Positions 1 through 7,836 of a stretch of DNA of 26,663 nt are shown in pieces. A program made the position numbers and the translations under genes. This DNA is from a virus. Lineage: Duplodnaviria > Caudoviricetes. The notes below the pieces were generated by a model. The model had not been told where the DNA came from, searched no databases, and was given only the letters and a program-made list of their open reading frames with translations. Location: IMG/VR virus record IMGVR_UViG_3300047314_000275, positions 1-26,663 of that record. The stretch is one strand, 5' to 3'. Position 1 is the first letter of the stretch, and every line of letters begins with the position of its first letter.

Positions 1-367
1 ATTTGACGAACCCACACGACACGGCCTGAGCCTTCGTCCGTGCCGACGCGAGGCAGCCGGGGTTGATCTTCGTCAAGTGCGCCTTGTCCGCCTGGCGCAT
101 CGACACCGCGCAGTTCTTGGATTTGCCCTCCGCGCACGGGATGGCCGCGAGCGCCGCGCAGGCGTCGTCATAGACGTCACCGACCGGAGGCGGGACCGGC
201 GGAGGGGTCGGCGTCGGAACCGGCGCAGGCGGCTTGCCGGCGTCCGCGACGGCCGTGGGGCCCGGCTGCGGGGGAGGCACTGGCGCCGGTGGCGAAGGCT
301 CGTTGCAGCTCGGCGACCACGCGGCGACGAGCAGGAGCGAGAGGGCGAGGAGCATCGTTCGGAACAT
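1..367 (-). CDS. Pro-rich, Cys-rich predicted lipoprotein (3' end truncated by window edge; absent from ORF track)
   Basis: Manual translation: MFRTMLLALSLLLVAAWSPSCNEPSPPAPVPPPQPGPTAVADAGKPPAPVPTPTPPPVPPP...DACAALAAIPCAEGKSKNC...GCLASARTKAQAVSCGFVK. ATG overlaps the upstream stop (TGATG); no stop before position 1. Confidence 0.8.
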   Translation of the reverse strand, partial: MFRTMLLALSLLLVAAWSPSCNEPSPPAPVPPPQPGPTAVADAGKPPAPVPTPTPPPVPPPVGDVYDDACAALAAIPCAEGKSKNCAVSMRQADKAHLTKINPGCLASARTKAQAVSCGFVK

Positions 368-1173
368 CAGGAAGCCTCCTGCGACGTGACCGAGAGGACG
401 TAGATGTCCCCGGCCTGGTCGTTCGTGATCCACTCGGGGGCAGCGAGAAAGCGACCATGATCGCCCCAGTCCTCGGCCCAGCTGTTCGCGACCGTCAGGA
501 TCCGTCTCCCGAGCTGCGTCGTGTCGTACCCGTCGATGCAGAGCGCGTGCCCGCCGCCGTTCGGGTCGTTCGGGTTTCTGGGGGCGCCGATCGGTCCCTG
601 CGATGGCGTCCAATCCTCAAACGCCGTATCCACGAAGACGCCGACGATCACGGCACAGCCCGCCGCGAGTGCGCGGCAGATGTCCTCGACCCGCTGCGTG
701 CCGGCCGAGATGATCTGGTGCGCGCCGACCATCAAGTGGTGCGCGTCCTCCTCGAGCTCGTCGAGCATCGGCTCGCGGACCATGCTCGTCGTCGAGCAGT
801 CCGAGTTGCGACCGACGGCAGGACCCATGGGCTTGACGCCGAACTGCGAGATCGCCTGCATCCCGTAGAACGGATCCGTGCCCGTGTCGGTGAGCGCGCC
901 CGAGAACTCGCCAGCCGCGCGCATGAGACAGCGCGCGTTTCGATAGATCCCGTCCATGCTCGGCACGAACGTGGTCCCGACGGACGCGAAGAGCCCGCGC
1001 GAGGCGGCATGCGCCCAGCACGAGCCGACGTCGCCCTGGTCGAAGATTGCCGGCGAAGACGAGCCGTGGTCGACGCTCAGCGGGATCTCCGTGAGCGCCG
1101 CCGCGGGATGCATCCCGAACGTCTTGCGGAGCGGCGTGCGGCTCCGGTTCCAGCCATGGATGATGCGACTCAC
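367..1173 (-). CDS. Papain-like cysteine peptidase, family C1 (~268 aa)
   Basis: Motifs DQGDVGSCWAH (oxyanion Gln, catalytic Cys), GGGHALC (His) and NSWAEDWG (Asn). Likely start is GTG 1173, overlapping the upstream TGA; the track's extension to 1857 overlaps other genes. Confidence 0.92.
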   Translation of the reverse strand: MSRIIHGWNRSRTPLRKTFGMHPAAALTEIPLSVDHGSSSPAIFDQGDVGSCWAHAASRGLFASVGTTFVPSMDGIYRNARCLMRAAGEFSGALTDTGTDPFYGMQAISQFGVKPMGPAVGRNSDCSTTSMVREPMLDELEEDAHHLMVGAHQIISAGTQRVEDICRALAAGCAVIVGVFVDTAFEDWTPSQGPIGAPRNPNDPNGGGHALCIDGYDTTQLGRRILTVANSWAEDWGDHGRFLAAPEWITNDQAGDIYVLSVTSQEAS

Positions 1174-1646
1174 GGCGCGACCTCGCCCACACAGACGTCG
1201 ACCTTGCCGCCCGGTGCAGCCGCGGCGTGCGTCGCACGGAAGGCCCGCGCTGCGCGCACGTGCCCGAACAGGGAAGCGACTTCCTCTGCCGTCAGACAGA
1301 GCGCGCCGATCGCGGGGTTTCCGCTGTCGAGCACGGTGCATGCCTCCTGGACGACGGTCTTGGCGGGCATGCCGCAGCCGATGAAGGCGAGCAGGCAGAC
1401 GAGCGCGACCTTCGCCGCCGTCCCGCCCGAGCTCGGGGGCCAACGCAGGCCGAACATCGAAGCGAGCGCACCGAGGATCTCGAAGACGTCGTGGAACAAC
1501 GCATCCACGACAGCGGCGGCCGGCGCAAGCTTCGGGAACTTCTGCGCGAGGACGTCGAACCCGCGAACGAGCGCAGTACCGACACCCAGGTAGATGAGGA
1601 TCGCGGGCCAATAGGTCGTGAGCATGAGGACTAGGTTGCTTGACAT
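1170..1646 (-). CDS. Membrane protein with holin-like N-terminus and an internal lipoprotein-signal-like segment
   Basis: AAGGAG RBS; N-terminal hydrophobic helix, an amphipathic helix, then KVALVCLLAFIG-C; position after the fibre genes. Confidence 0.6.
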   Translation of the reverse strand: MSSNLVLMLTTYWPAILIYLGVGTALVRGFDVLAQKFPKLAPAAAVVDALFHDVFEILGALASMFGLRWPPSSGGTAAKVALVCLLAFIGCGMPAKTVVQEACTVLDSGNPAIGALCLTAEEVASLFGHVRAARAFRATHAAAAPGGKVDVCVGEVAP

Positions 1647-1679
1647 AGCCGGTCTCCTTGGAAGCGCCGAGCGGCGCCG

Positions 1680-1889
1680 TTACTTCTTCCCGCCGCCGAA
1701 GTCGACGGGCACGTCCTCGACGTAGACCATCTCTTCCTGGGCGCTCGTCACGAGAGCGATGAGCGCATCGATCGCCTGATCGCGTGTCCGGCCCGTTCCC
1801 GTCGGGGAATCGAGCTTGCCGATCACGACAGCTTTCCAGCTGCCCATGGCGTCGCACACCGTGCGCACCATCATGTGTCCGCGTCGCAT
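1680..1889 (-). CDS. Small hypothetical protein (~69 aa), weak HicB-like pattern
   Basis: ATG overlaps the fibre stop (TGATG); MRRGHMMVRTVCDAMGSWKAVVIGKLDSPTGTGRTRDQAIDALIALV...; fills the gap between two genes. Confidence 0.6.
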   Translation of the reverse strand: MRRGHMMVRTVCDAMGSWKAVVIGKLDSPTGTGRTRDQAIDALIALVTSAQEEMVYVEDVPVDFGGGKK

Positions 1890-3643
1890 CAGGTCCTCGG
1901 CGTCGCCCAGATGTGCTCGAAGTCGCACCAGTCGATCGATAGCGCGCGCCCCGTGCCGCCCGCGCTTTTCACGATCATGGCGAGAGGCCCTACGGGCGCC
2001 GCCGTCGGCGCGGTGCCGGTGCTGCCCTGGACGACTCCGTCGATCGTGAAGGTGACCGTGGTGCTCCCCGCGGGCTTCGACATCTCGAGGATGTGATACG
2101 TCGTGCTCGCCACGATCGTGGTCGTCTGCACGGCGACGACGTTGCCGGCGCCACCGCTGCACGTCTTCGTCTTGAAGTGCGTGTCGGTGTTCGCATCCCA
2201 CTCGAACCAAAGCCCGTTCGCGGGCGCCGCGTTCACCGTGTCCATGAGGCCGACACGGCAGAGGTAGGTGTTGGTGCCGTCGCTGACGGCCGTTGAACTC
2301 GCGACCTTCCATCCGCAATAGAACGGGTTGGCGGAAGCGAGAGTAACGCTGATGCCCGTCGCGATCGTGCTGCCCCACGCCGCGAGCGTGCTTGCGCCGT
2401 TCGTCTGCGCGCCGGTCGCGATCGTGACGACACCGACTTCTGTAGTGTTGTTCACCGCCGCGTCTGTGAGCCCCGTCGCGCTGTTCGCGTTGGTCGCGCT
2501 CCAGTTCGGCTCTCCGCAGCAACCTTCGTAGATCGTCGAGGTGACGAAGCTGGCCGAGGTCGGGGAGAGAAAGTCGCAGTGAAAGCCGAGGCGCGCGGAG
2601 GAGAGCGGATGCGCGTGGACATGATTCATGTCCGCGAATTGGCCGCTGGCGCCAATCGCGGCGGGGTACGAGATCGCCTGCGGAACCGCGTTCGCGATGA
2701 CCGGGATCTGTCCGAACGCAGCGACATCCGTCGCCGCCGCACCGTTCGCGACGCTCGTTCCCTTGTGGCCGTTAAACGAAAAATCCGCTGCCGTCGCCGC
2801 AAGTTGGTCAGCGCTCGGCTTCGTGTGAACGTGCTTCGCGTCCGCGACCTTGCCGCTCGTCCCGCCCGCGGCAGTGCCGAGCGCCTGAATGTCCGCAGTA
2901 GCGCCGAAGATCACCTCGCTCGCGCCCAGCGACTGCACCGGCACGTAAAGCGCATTCGTCGGGACGTCCTTGGATGCGACGACCTGCGGCACGTTGAGAG
3001 AAACCGTCGCGACCGAGATGTCAGGCGTAACGGGCGTGAGGTTCCCCGTCGCTTGGTCGCGAAAGTAGAACCAGCCGCGCCACTTGAGGTTCGCCCCGAG
3101 GTCCGAGCGGTAGGCCAGGTACAGGAACACTGGGCTCGCGACCGACGCGGGATAGCTCGCAGCGGCCGTCGTCAGAACGTCGCTCAAGACAAGCGGTTCG
3201 GAGTTGGACTTGCGGAGATCGCAATGGACCCGCTGCCCGACGAAGTCGGTCGTGTTGTACGGCTGCGTCGAGCTCGCGGCGCTTCCGAGGCCGCCTTGGC
3301 TCGAGCCCGTGCCCGTCTCCGCGCCGCTCGAAGCGAACGACGTACCGATCACACCGGTCGTGCCGGTCGTGCCGGAGGCTGCGCCGCCCGCGGTCAGTCC
3401 CGTGAAAAGCGCGTCGGTGAACGAGATCGGCTGCGTCGTGCCGGTCGTGATCGTCCCCATCACCGTGGGGATCAGGACCGGCTTCGTGGCGTCCGCGATC
3501 GTCGTGCCGATGTCCTCGGTGAAAGCCGCGCCGTCCGCGAGCTCTCGGAGGTTCGTCCCGACGCGCGTCGCCGTGTTAGCCCCGGCTGCGGCTTCATCCC
3601 GAATCGTCGCCGCGTGGCTCTGTGCCGTTGCTCTTGCGGTCAT
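1889..3643 (-). CDS. Tail fibre / receptor-binding protein (584 aa)
   Basis: Ala/Thr/Gly/Ser-rich; two HVH motifs; YadA-stalk-like motif KGTSVANGAAATDVAAFGQI; beta-rich C-terminal domain; GAGGG RBS. Confidence 0.78.
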   Translation of the reverse strand: MTARATAQSHAATIRDEAAAGANTATRVGTNLRELADGAAFTEDIGTTIADATKPVLIPTVMGTITTGTTQPISFTDALFTGLTAGGAASGTTGTTGVIGTSFASSGAETGTGSSQGGLGSAASSTQPYNTTDFVGQRVHCDLRKSNSEPLVLSDVLTTAAASYPASVASPVFLYLAYRSDLGANLKWRGWFYFRDQATGNLTPVTPDISVATVSLNVPQVVASKDVPTNALYVPVQSLGASEVIFGATADIQALGTAAGGTSGKVADAKHVHTKPSADQLAATAADFSFNGHKGTSVANGAAATDVAAFGQIPVIANAVPQAISYPAAIGASGQFADMNHVHAHPLSSARLGFHCDFLSPTSASFVTSTIYEGCCGEPNWSATNANSATGLTDAAVNNTTEVGVVTIATGAQTNGASTLAAWGSTIATGISVTLASANPFYCGWKVASSTAVSDGTNTYLCRVGLMDTVNAAPANGLWFEWDANTDTHFKTKTCSGGAGNVVAVQTTTIVASTTYHILEMSKPAGSTTVTFTIDGVVQGSTGTAPTAAPVGPLAMIVKSAGGTGRALSIDWCDFEHIWATPRT

Positions 3644-3655
3644 GGGAATGCCCTC

Positions 3656-3766
3656 TCAGTTGAACGAAGCGTCGAAGGTGGAGTCGAACACGACAGGCGT
3701 CGCCGCCCCGCCGCTGCCGGCGTTCCGCACCGAGGTGCCGATCATGTTTCCGATCCCGAGTGACAT
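3656..3766 (-). CDS. 36-aa micro-protein MSLGIGNMIGTSVRNAGSGGAATPVVFDSTFDASFN
   Basis: Strong RBS (TAAGGAG, 5 nt before ATG); fills the 3644-3775 gap; below the ORF-track length cutoff. Confidence 0.72.
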   Translation of the reverse strand: MSLGIGNMIGTSVRNAGSGGAATPVVFDSTFDASFN

Positions 3767-3775
3767 GGGGACTCC

Positions 3776-4600
3776 TTAGAGGTTCGCGAGGATCTGCGCC
3801 GCGATGCGCGACCCCAGCGTGTTGTATCCGGCGGTGTCGTAGTGAGGATCGTTCACGAGCGGGATCCCGTCCTCGTCGACGAGCTCGCCGTCGCTGTCGT
3901 TCGCGGCGACGTACTCCTGCGCGGCGCGGATCGTTGACAAGAACGTAACGCCCGCCGTCGTGGCCGCGTTCGTGCGGCTCATCAGCAAGTGCATCGAGCC
4001 CCCGACGCCCGCGCGGAACTGCGAGATCAGCGTGATAGCGCGGCCCTGATAGAGTGGCGCATTCGTTCCACTCTGCCCGTCCGTCGTGCCTTCGATGTTG
4101 ACGAAGAACCGCTTGATGGTCTTTGGGAGGCGGCAGATCGACGGGAACACGTAATCCCGAATCGTCGGCCATTGCGGCGCCGAGCTTGCTGGTACCCAGT
4201 CGGTAAGGTTCGTGTTGCCCATCCCGCACGTGATGATCACGGGGTTTTTGCCCGCGGCGATCAGGTCCTTGGCGATCTGGATGTCCGTGCCACACACGGC
4301 CATCTGGGTGAGCTGCCCGAACTCTCGCGGGCGAAACTGCACCTGCGGAACTGCGCTACCCGAGATGAACTTCTGCCACGGGATCTCGATGGGGATCCCG
4401 CTCTGCGCCTCGGCCCCGTTGCCGATCGCGTTCGAGCCACCCCAAATGATGACGGGGACAACGTCCGTCGTCGGCAGTGGCTGCGAGAACACTTCTTCGC
4501 GATATCGGCCGCTCACGAAACTGTACTCCTCGTCCTCGGGCAACGGTCCGCATGCGAGCGCCGCGGCTCCTGCGATGAATTCTCGTCGGGTGAGTTGCAC
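3776..4600 (-). CDS. SGNH hydrolase, SASA/sialate O-acetylesterase-like, with Tat lipoprotein-like signal
   Basis: Block motifs WGGSNA (cf. GQSN), GMGNT, EGTTD (cf. QGESD) and NDPHY...GY..LG; N-terminus LTRREFIAGAAALAC. Confidence 0.8.
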   Translation of the reverse strand: MQLTRREFIAGAAALACGPLPEDEEYSFVSGRYREEVFSQPLPTTDVVPVIIWGGSNAIGNGAEAQSGIPIEIPWQKFISGSAVPQVQFRPREFGQLTQMAVCGTDIQIAKDLIAAGKNPVIITCGMGNTNLTDWVPASSAPQWPTIRDYVFPSICRLPKTIKRFFVNIEGTTDGQSGTNAPLYQGRAITLISQFRAGVGGSMHLLMSRTNAATTAGVTFLSTIRAAQEYVAANDSDGELVDEDGIPLVNDPHYDTAGYNTLGSRIAAQILANL

Positions 4601-4606
4601 ACAGCG

Positions 4607-4819
4607 CTACTTTCTGCCGAGCACGGTGACGAGCAACGCGATCAGAAAAACCTGCGCGGTGGCCTTCTGTGAGAGTCCTGGGCCTTCGCCGTACTTGGCG
4701 ATCCCGTCGCACCACGCGACCGCGAGTAGGACCGGGATCAAGCAAACGGCCGCCTGTAAGGCTCCCGATATTGCCGGGTGCCAGTGCAAGAAAGCGCGTA
4801 CGCGGTTGAGCATCTGCAT
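4607..4819 (-). CDS. Small two-TM membrane protein (70 aa), holin-like architecture
   Basis: Two hydrophobic segments, basic C-terminus, GAGGGGAG RBS. Confidence 0.6.
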   Translation of the reverse strand: MQMLNRVRAFLHWHPAISGALQAAVCLIPVLLAVAWCDGIAKYGEGPGLSQKATAQVFLIALLVTVLGRK

Positions 4820-4825
4820 CTCCCC

Positions 4826-5581
4826 TCAAACCGACCCTTGGTCAGGCAATCCGATGTAGCGCGCGTTGAGCGCGAACTGCTGAAGCGTCGGCGTGCCCGA
4901 GCACTCGTACCACTCCGCGATATCCCAATCGGTCGCAGCGCCCGTGCCGCCGCCGTTCAACTGCCGACCCGTCGCCGTGCCGTTGCCAGTGCCCGCGCCG
5001 GGACCGCGAAAGAGGAAGCCGCGAATCATCGAGTAATCGGTGTTCCCGTTGCTAAAGTAGCCTTCCATTCGGCCCCACGTGTTGATCGCGAGCGCCTTGT
5101 TCGTCTGCCCCGCCGTGCCGCCGGAAATGATCGACATGTTCGGCGCCGCACTCGGCTGCAACCAAAGCGCCTGGCGGGACGCCGAGACACCGCCGATCAA
5201 CTGGCAGTTATTCGTCCAGGTCCGGTAGCGGCCGATCGCGAAGACCCACGTCGGCGTGGTCCCCGGGGCAGGCAGATTCAGCCCGGCGATGACGAGCTTC
5301 GTCGCGCCCGTCTTGGCGAAGTTGATCGACGGGTAGCCGCTGATCGACGAGTCCGACGCCGTGAAGAGCGGCCGCGTCGTGGTCGTACCCACGGCGTCCC
5401 ATCCGTTGCCGCTTAGGTCGTCCCACTGATCGACGACGCCCCCGCTCGTGTGCAGGCCCTGATCGGTGCGGTGCCAGTGAATGAGCGTCGCGCCGCCGTC
5501 CTGACCCGCGAAGATGAACTTCGGATCGAGCGGTCGGGGCGTCGTGTTCGCCCACAGATTGCGCGTGCCTCCGAGGCCCAT
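4826..5581 (-). CDS. LamG/concanavalin-like jelly-roll protein, probable tail-associated lectin
   Basis: Pattern LIHWHRTDQG...GGVVDQWDDLSGNG.DAV...RPLF...GYPSINF resembles phage LamG-like domains; TAATG overlap. Confidence 0.68.
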   Translation of the reverse strand: MGLGGTRNLWANTTPRPLDPKFIFAGQDGGATLIHWHRTDQGLHTSGGVVDQWDDLSGNGWDAVGTTTTRPLFTASDSSISGYPSINFAKTGATKLVIAGLNLPAPGTTPTWVFAIGRYRTWTNNCQLIGGVSASRQALWLQPSAAPNMSIISGGTAGQTNKALAINTWGRMEGYFSNGNTDYSMIRGFLFRGPGAGTGNGTATGRQLNGGGTGAATDWDIAEWYECSGTPTLQQFALNARYIGLPDQGSV

Positions 5582-5760
5582 TACACGGCCTCGGCCAATT
5601 CATCTTCTGGCACAAACATTCCGAACTCCTCCACGAGGAGCTGCCCGGGTAGAGTCGGCGCGCTGCGCACGGTCACCTTTTGTCCGACCCACTTGGCGGC
5701 TTCCGGGTGTAGGTCGTCAGTGCGCCGAGGCACGAAAACACGTGCGGTGCGGGTGATCAT
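5581..5760 (-). CDS. Small hypothetical protein (59 aa)
   Basis: MITRTARVFVPRRTDDLHPEAAKWVGQKVTV...; TAATG overlaps at both ends; C-terminal part of track ORF 5581..6390. Confidence 0.7.
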   Translation of the reverse strand: MITRTARVFVPRRTDDLHPEAAKWVGQKVTVRSAPTLPGQLLVEEFGMFVPEDELAEAV

Positions 5761-7169
5761 TAGCTTGCCGCGCTGAACGCGATCCGCTCGACGAAAACCT
5801 CGTACGTGCCGGCCGTGTGCACGCCGTCCGAGCCGCCGTACTTCACGTCTACCGAGTTGCCGTTCACTGCGAACGTCAAGCCCGTGACCGTGATCTCGTC
5901 GGTGCCGGTGGGGCCGTCGTCGATGCCAAGCGCCACGGCGATCCCGCCCGCGCACCGCGTCCACTCGGTCGAACTCTTCTTCTTGTAGCGGTTGGATCCC
6001 GTGTCGCGCGCCACGACCACGGTCACGAGCCGGTACAGCGAATTGTCCAGCATCGGCACGTTGTGCAGGACGGCCGACGCGGCAGCGGACGACGTGAACG
6101 AGCCCGAGTACGTGGGCAGCGTCGGATCGGGAAGCACCGAACCGGCGTCCATCGCGCGGCCCGTGGTGCCGATCGCCGCAACTCCTAGCGGTTGCAAATC
6201 GCCGAGGACTCCGAACTGCAGCTGCGATGCGCCGAGGCCAGCGATGCCAGCGAGCCCCGCCGACGTCGGCAGTGCGGATGCGAGATCGACGAGCGGCGCT
6301 CGAAGCGTCACGTTCGCGAGCGAGGTGTCCGGCGTGACAGGGACCTCGAAGCCATCGGACGCGCGGCGGTAGTAGAACCAGAGACGCCACTTCAGATTCG
6401 AGCCGAGGTCAGAGCGGTAGGCGAGGTAGCCGTAAACCTGCGCGTCCGTGTCGATGATGACGTCGGAACGGATGTCCTTGAGCACGACGTTCGAGCCGTT
6501 CGGCTTGATGAGGACGGCCGCGAAGTGACCGCCTTGGAAATCGGTGGAGTTGTATGGCTGCGTCGACGCGGCCGAGGAGCCGAGGCCGCCGTGTCCCGAG
6601 CTCGTGTTCTGCTCGGTGGCGTCGCTCGCGAAGGTGCCCGCCACGATGCCCGCGGTCCCGCTTGCTCCGACCGCGGCGCCCCCCGCGGAGTGTCCGGCCA
6701 TGAGCGAGTCGGAGAGCGAGAGCGGCTGCGTCGTGCCGGTCGTCAGCGTCGCGGTGATGAGCAGGTACGCGGAGCCGAAACGATCGGCGAGTGTCTTCAG
6801 ATTCACGCCGTCAACGGTGGACCCGAGCGGCAGCGTGAGGCTGTCGTCGTCCTCGACGAGGATGCCGCTCGCTTCGTAGGTGCGGCCGCCCGTGCCGACG
6901 AGACGCGGAAGAGCCTTGTCCGTCCCCGATGGCGCACCGACAGTCGGCCCGCCCACGAAGTCCCACGCGATCGGTGAATTGTCCGTCAGCCTGTACAGCT
7001 CGCCGGTGTCTCGCTGCAGCGCGAGCTTGCCGACGTTGGCCGCATTGCTGGCGGCTCCGCCACTCGCCTGCGATCCGGCGACGCGCGTAGAAGCGTCCGT
7101 GTACTCGGCGAAATGCGCGACGTGCATTTCTTCGCCGGTCGCGTCTGGATGGATGAGGTCGGCAGCCAT
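5760..7169 (-). CDS. Tail fibre-like protein (469 aa), partial paralogue of 1889..3643
   Basis: Shares a ~200-aa region (TTGTTQP...STQPYN.TDF...YLAYRSDLG.NLKWR.WFY...PVTPD) with the 584-aa fibre; AGGA RBS. Confidence 0.75.
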   Translation of the reverse strand: MAADLIHPDATGEEMHVAHFAEYTDASTRVAGSQASGGAASNAANVGKLALQRDTGELYRLTDNSPIAWDFVGGPTVGAPSGTDKALPRLVGTGGRTYEASGILVEDDDSLTLPLGSTVDGVNLKTLADRFGSAYLLITATLTTGTTQPLSLSDSLMAGHSAGGAAVGASGTAGIVAGTFASDATEQNTSSGHGGLGSSAASTQPYNSTDFQGGHFAAVLIKPNGSNVVLKDIRSDVIIDTDAQVYGYLAYRSDLGSNLKWRLWFYYRRASDGFEVPVTPDTSLANVTLRAPLVDLASALPTSAGLAGIAGLGASQLQFGVLGDLQPLGVAAIGTTGRAMDAGSVLPDPTLPTYSGSFTSSAAASAVLHNVPMLDNSLYRLVTVVVARDTGSNRYKKKSSTEWTRCAGGIAVALGIDDGPTGTDEITVTGLTFAVNGNSVDVKYGGSDGVHTAGTYEVFVERIAFSAAS

Positions 7170-7184
7170 TGCGTTGTTTTCTTC

Positions 7185-7481
7185 CTACGGCCTGCTCGTG
7201 TAGTTCGCGCCCGAACGGCCGACGTAACTGGATGCATCGCGCGCCGCGTAGCCCACCGCGGCGATCACATGCGAGATGTAGTGGCCGCCGGCTCTGCTCA
7301 AGTACGGAGACAGCCCGTCGCGACCGACGTAGAAGCGGCGCACATCAGTCACGACCAGCGTGCCGAGCGCCGTGGTGCTCACCTGCACAAATAACGGCAG
7401 TGCTTCCGTCGTAACTTTCACGAAGAGCGGCAGCGCTTCCGTCGCGATCTCTGGGAACGCAACGGCGATGACGTCGGCCAC
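7185..7481 (-). CDS. Hypothetical protein with 11-aa tandem repeat
   Basis: TEALPLFVKVT-TEALPLFVQVS-TTALGTLVVTD; fits operon packing. Confidence 0.6.
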   Translation of the reverse strand: MADVIAVAFPEIATEALPLFVKVTTEALPLFVQVSTTALGTLVVTDVRRFYVGRDGLSPYLSRAGGHYISHVIAAVGYAARDASSYVGRSGANYTSRP

Positions 7482-7484
7482 GAC

Positions 7485-7826
7485 TTACTCGGCCTTGCGT
7501 TTGACGACCAGGATGAACGCCTTCTCGGGACGCTCAGCAGCCAGATCCGAGAACGTGACCCATGCAGTGACGAGAAGCTCTTCTTCGCGCGGCACGTCAG
7601 TGCCATCTGCGGCAAAGACGTACAGAAGCACGATGGATGTTTGCGTCGCGGCCGAGAGCTCCGGAATCCAGTTCGTTGTATGTCCATTCGGACGGCGAAC
7701 TTCGAGACGCGCCTCGGTAGCGAGCAGGTAATTGGGGGGCGCTTCGTCACCAGGGGTGACACCGGCGGTGACCTCGATTCCCATCGGGTCTTTCGCGCCG
7801 CAGAGGACCTGTTTTGAGCTGATCAT
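7485..7826 (-). CDS. Hypothetical beta-rich protein (113 aa), possible tail adaptor
   Basis: Normal composition, tight packing, alternating beta-strand pattern. Confidence 0.65.
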   Translation of the reverse strand: MISSKQVLCGAKDPMGIEVTAGVTPGDEAPPNYLLATEARLEVRRPNGHTTNWIPELSAATQTSIVLLYVFAADGTDVPREEELLVTAWVTFSDLAAERPEKAFILVVKRKAE

Positions 7827-7836
7827 GGCGTCACTC

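Noticed and set aside
1174-1857. N-terminal extension making the C1 peptidase 496 aa
   Set aside because: Arg-rich off-frame read-through of two other genes; the coupled GTG at 1173 is the better start
1889-7169. DGR or invertible tail-fibre switch behind the fibre duplication
   Set aside because: No reverse transcriptase or invertase in the window; the copies are direct, diverged throughout, and not adenine-specific variants
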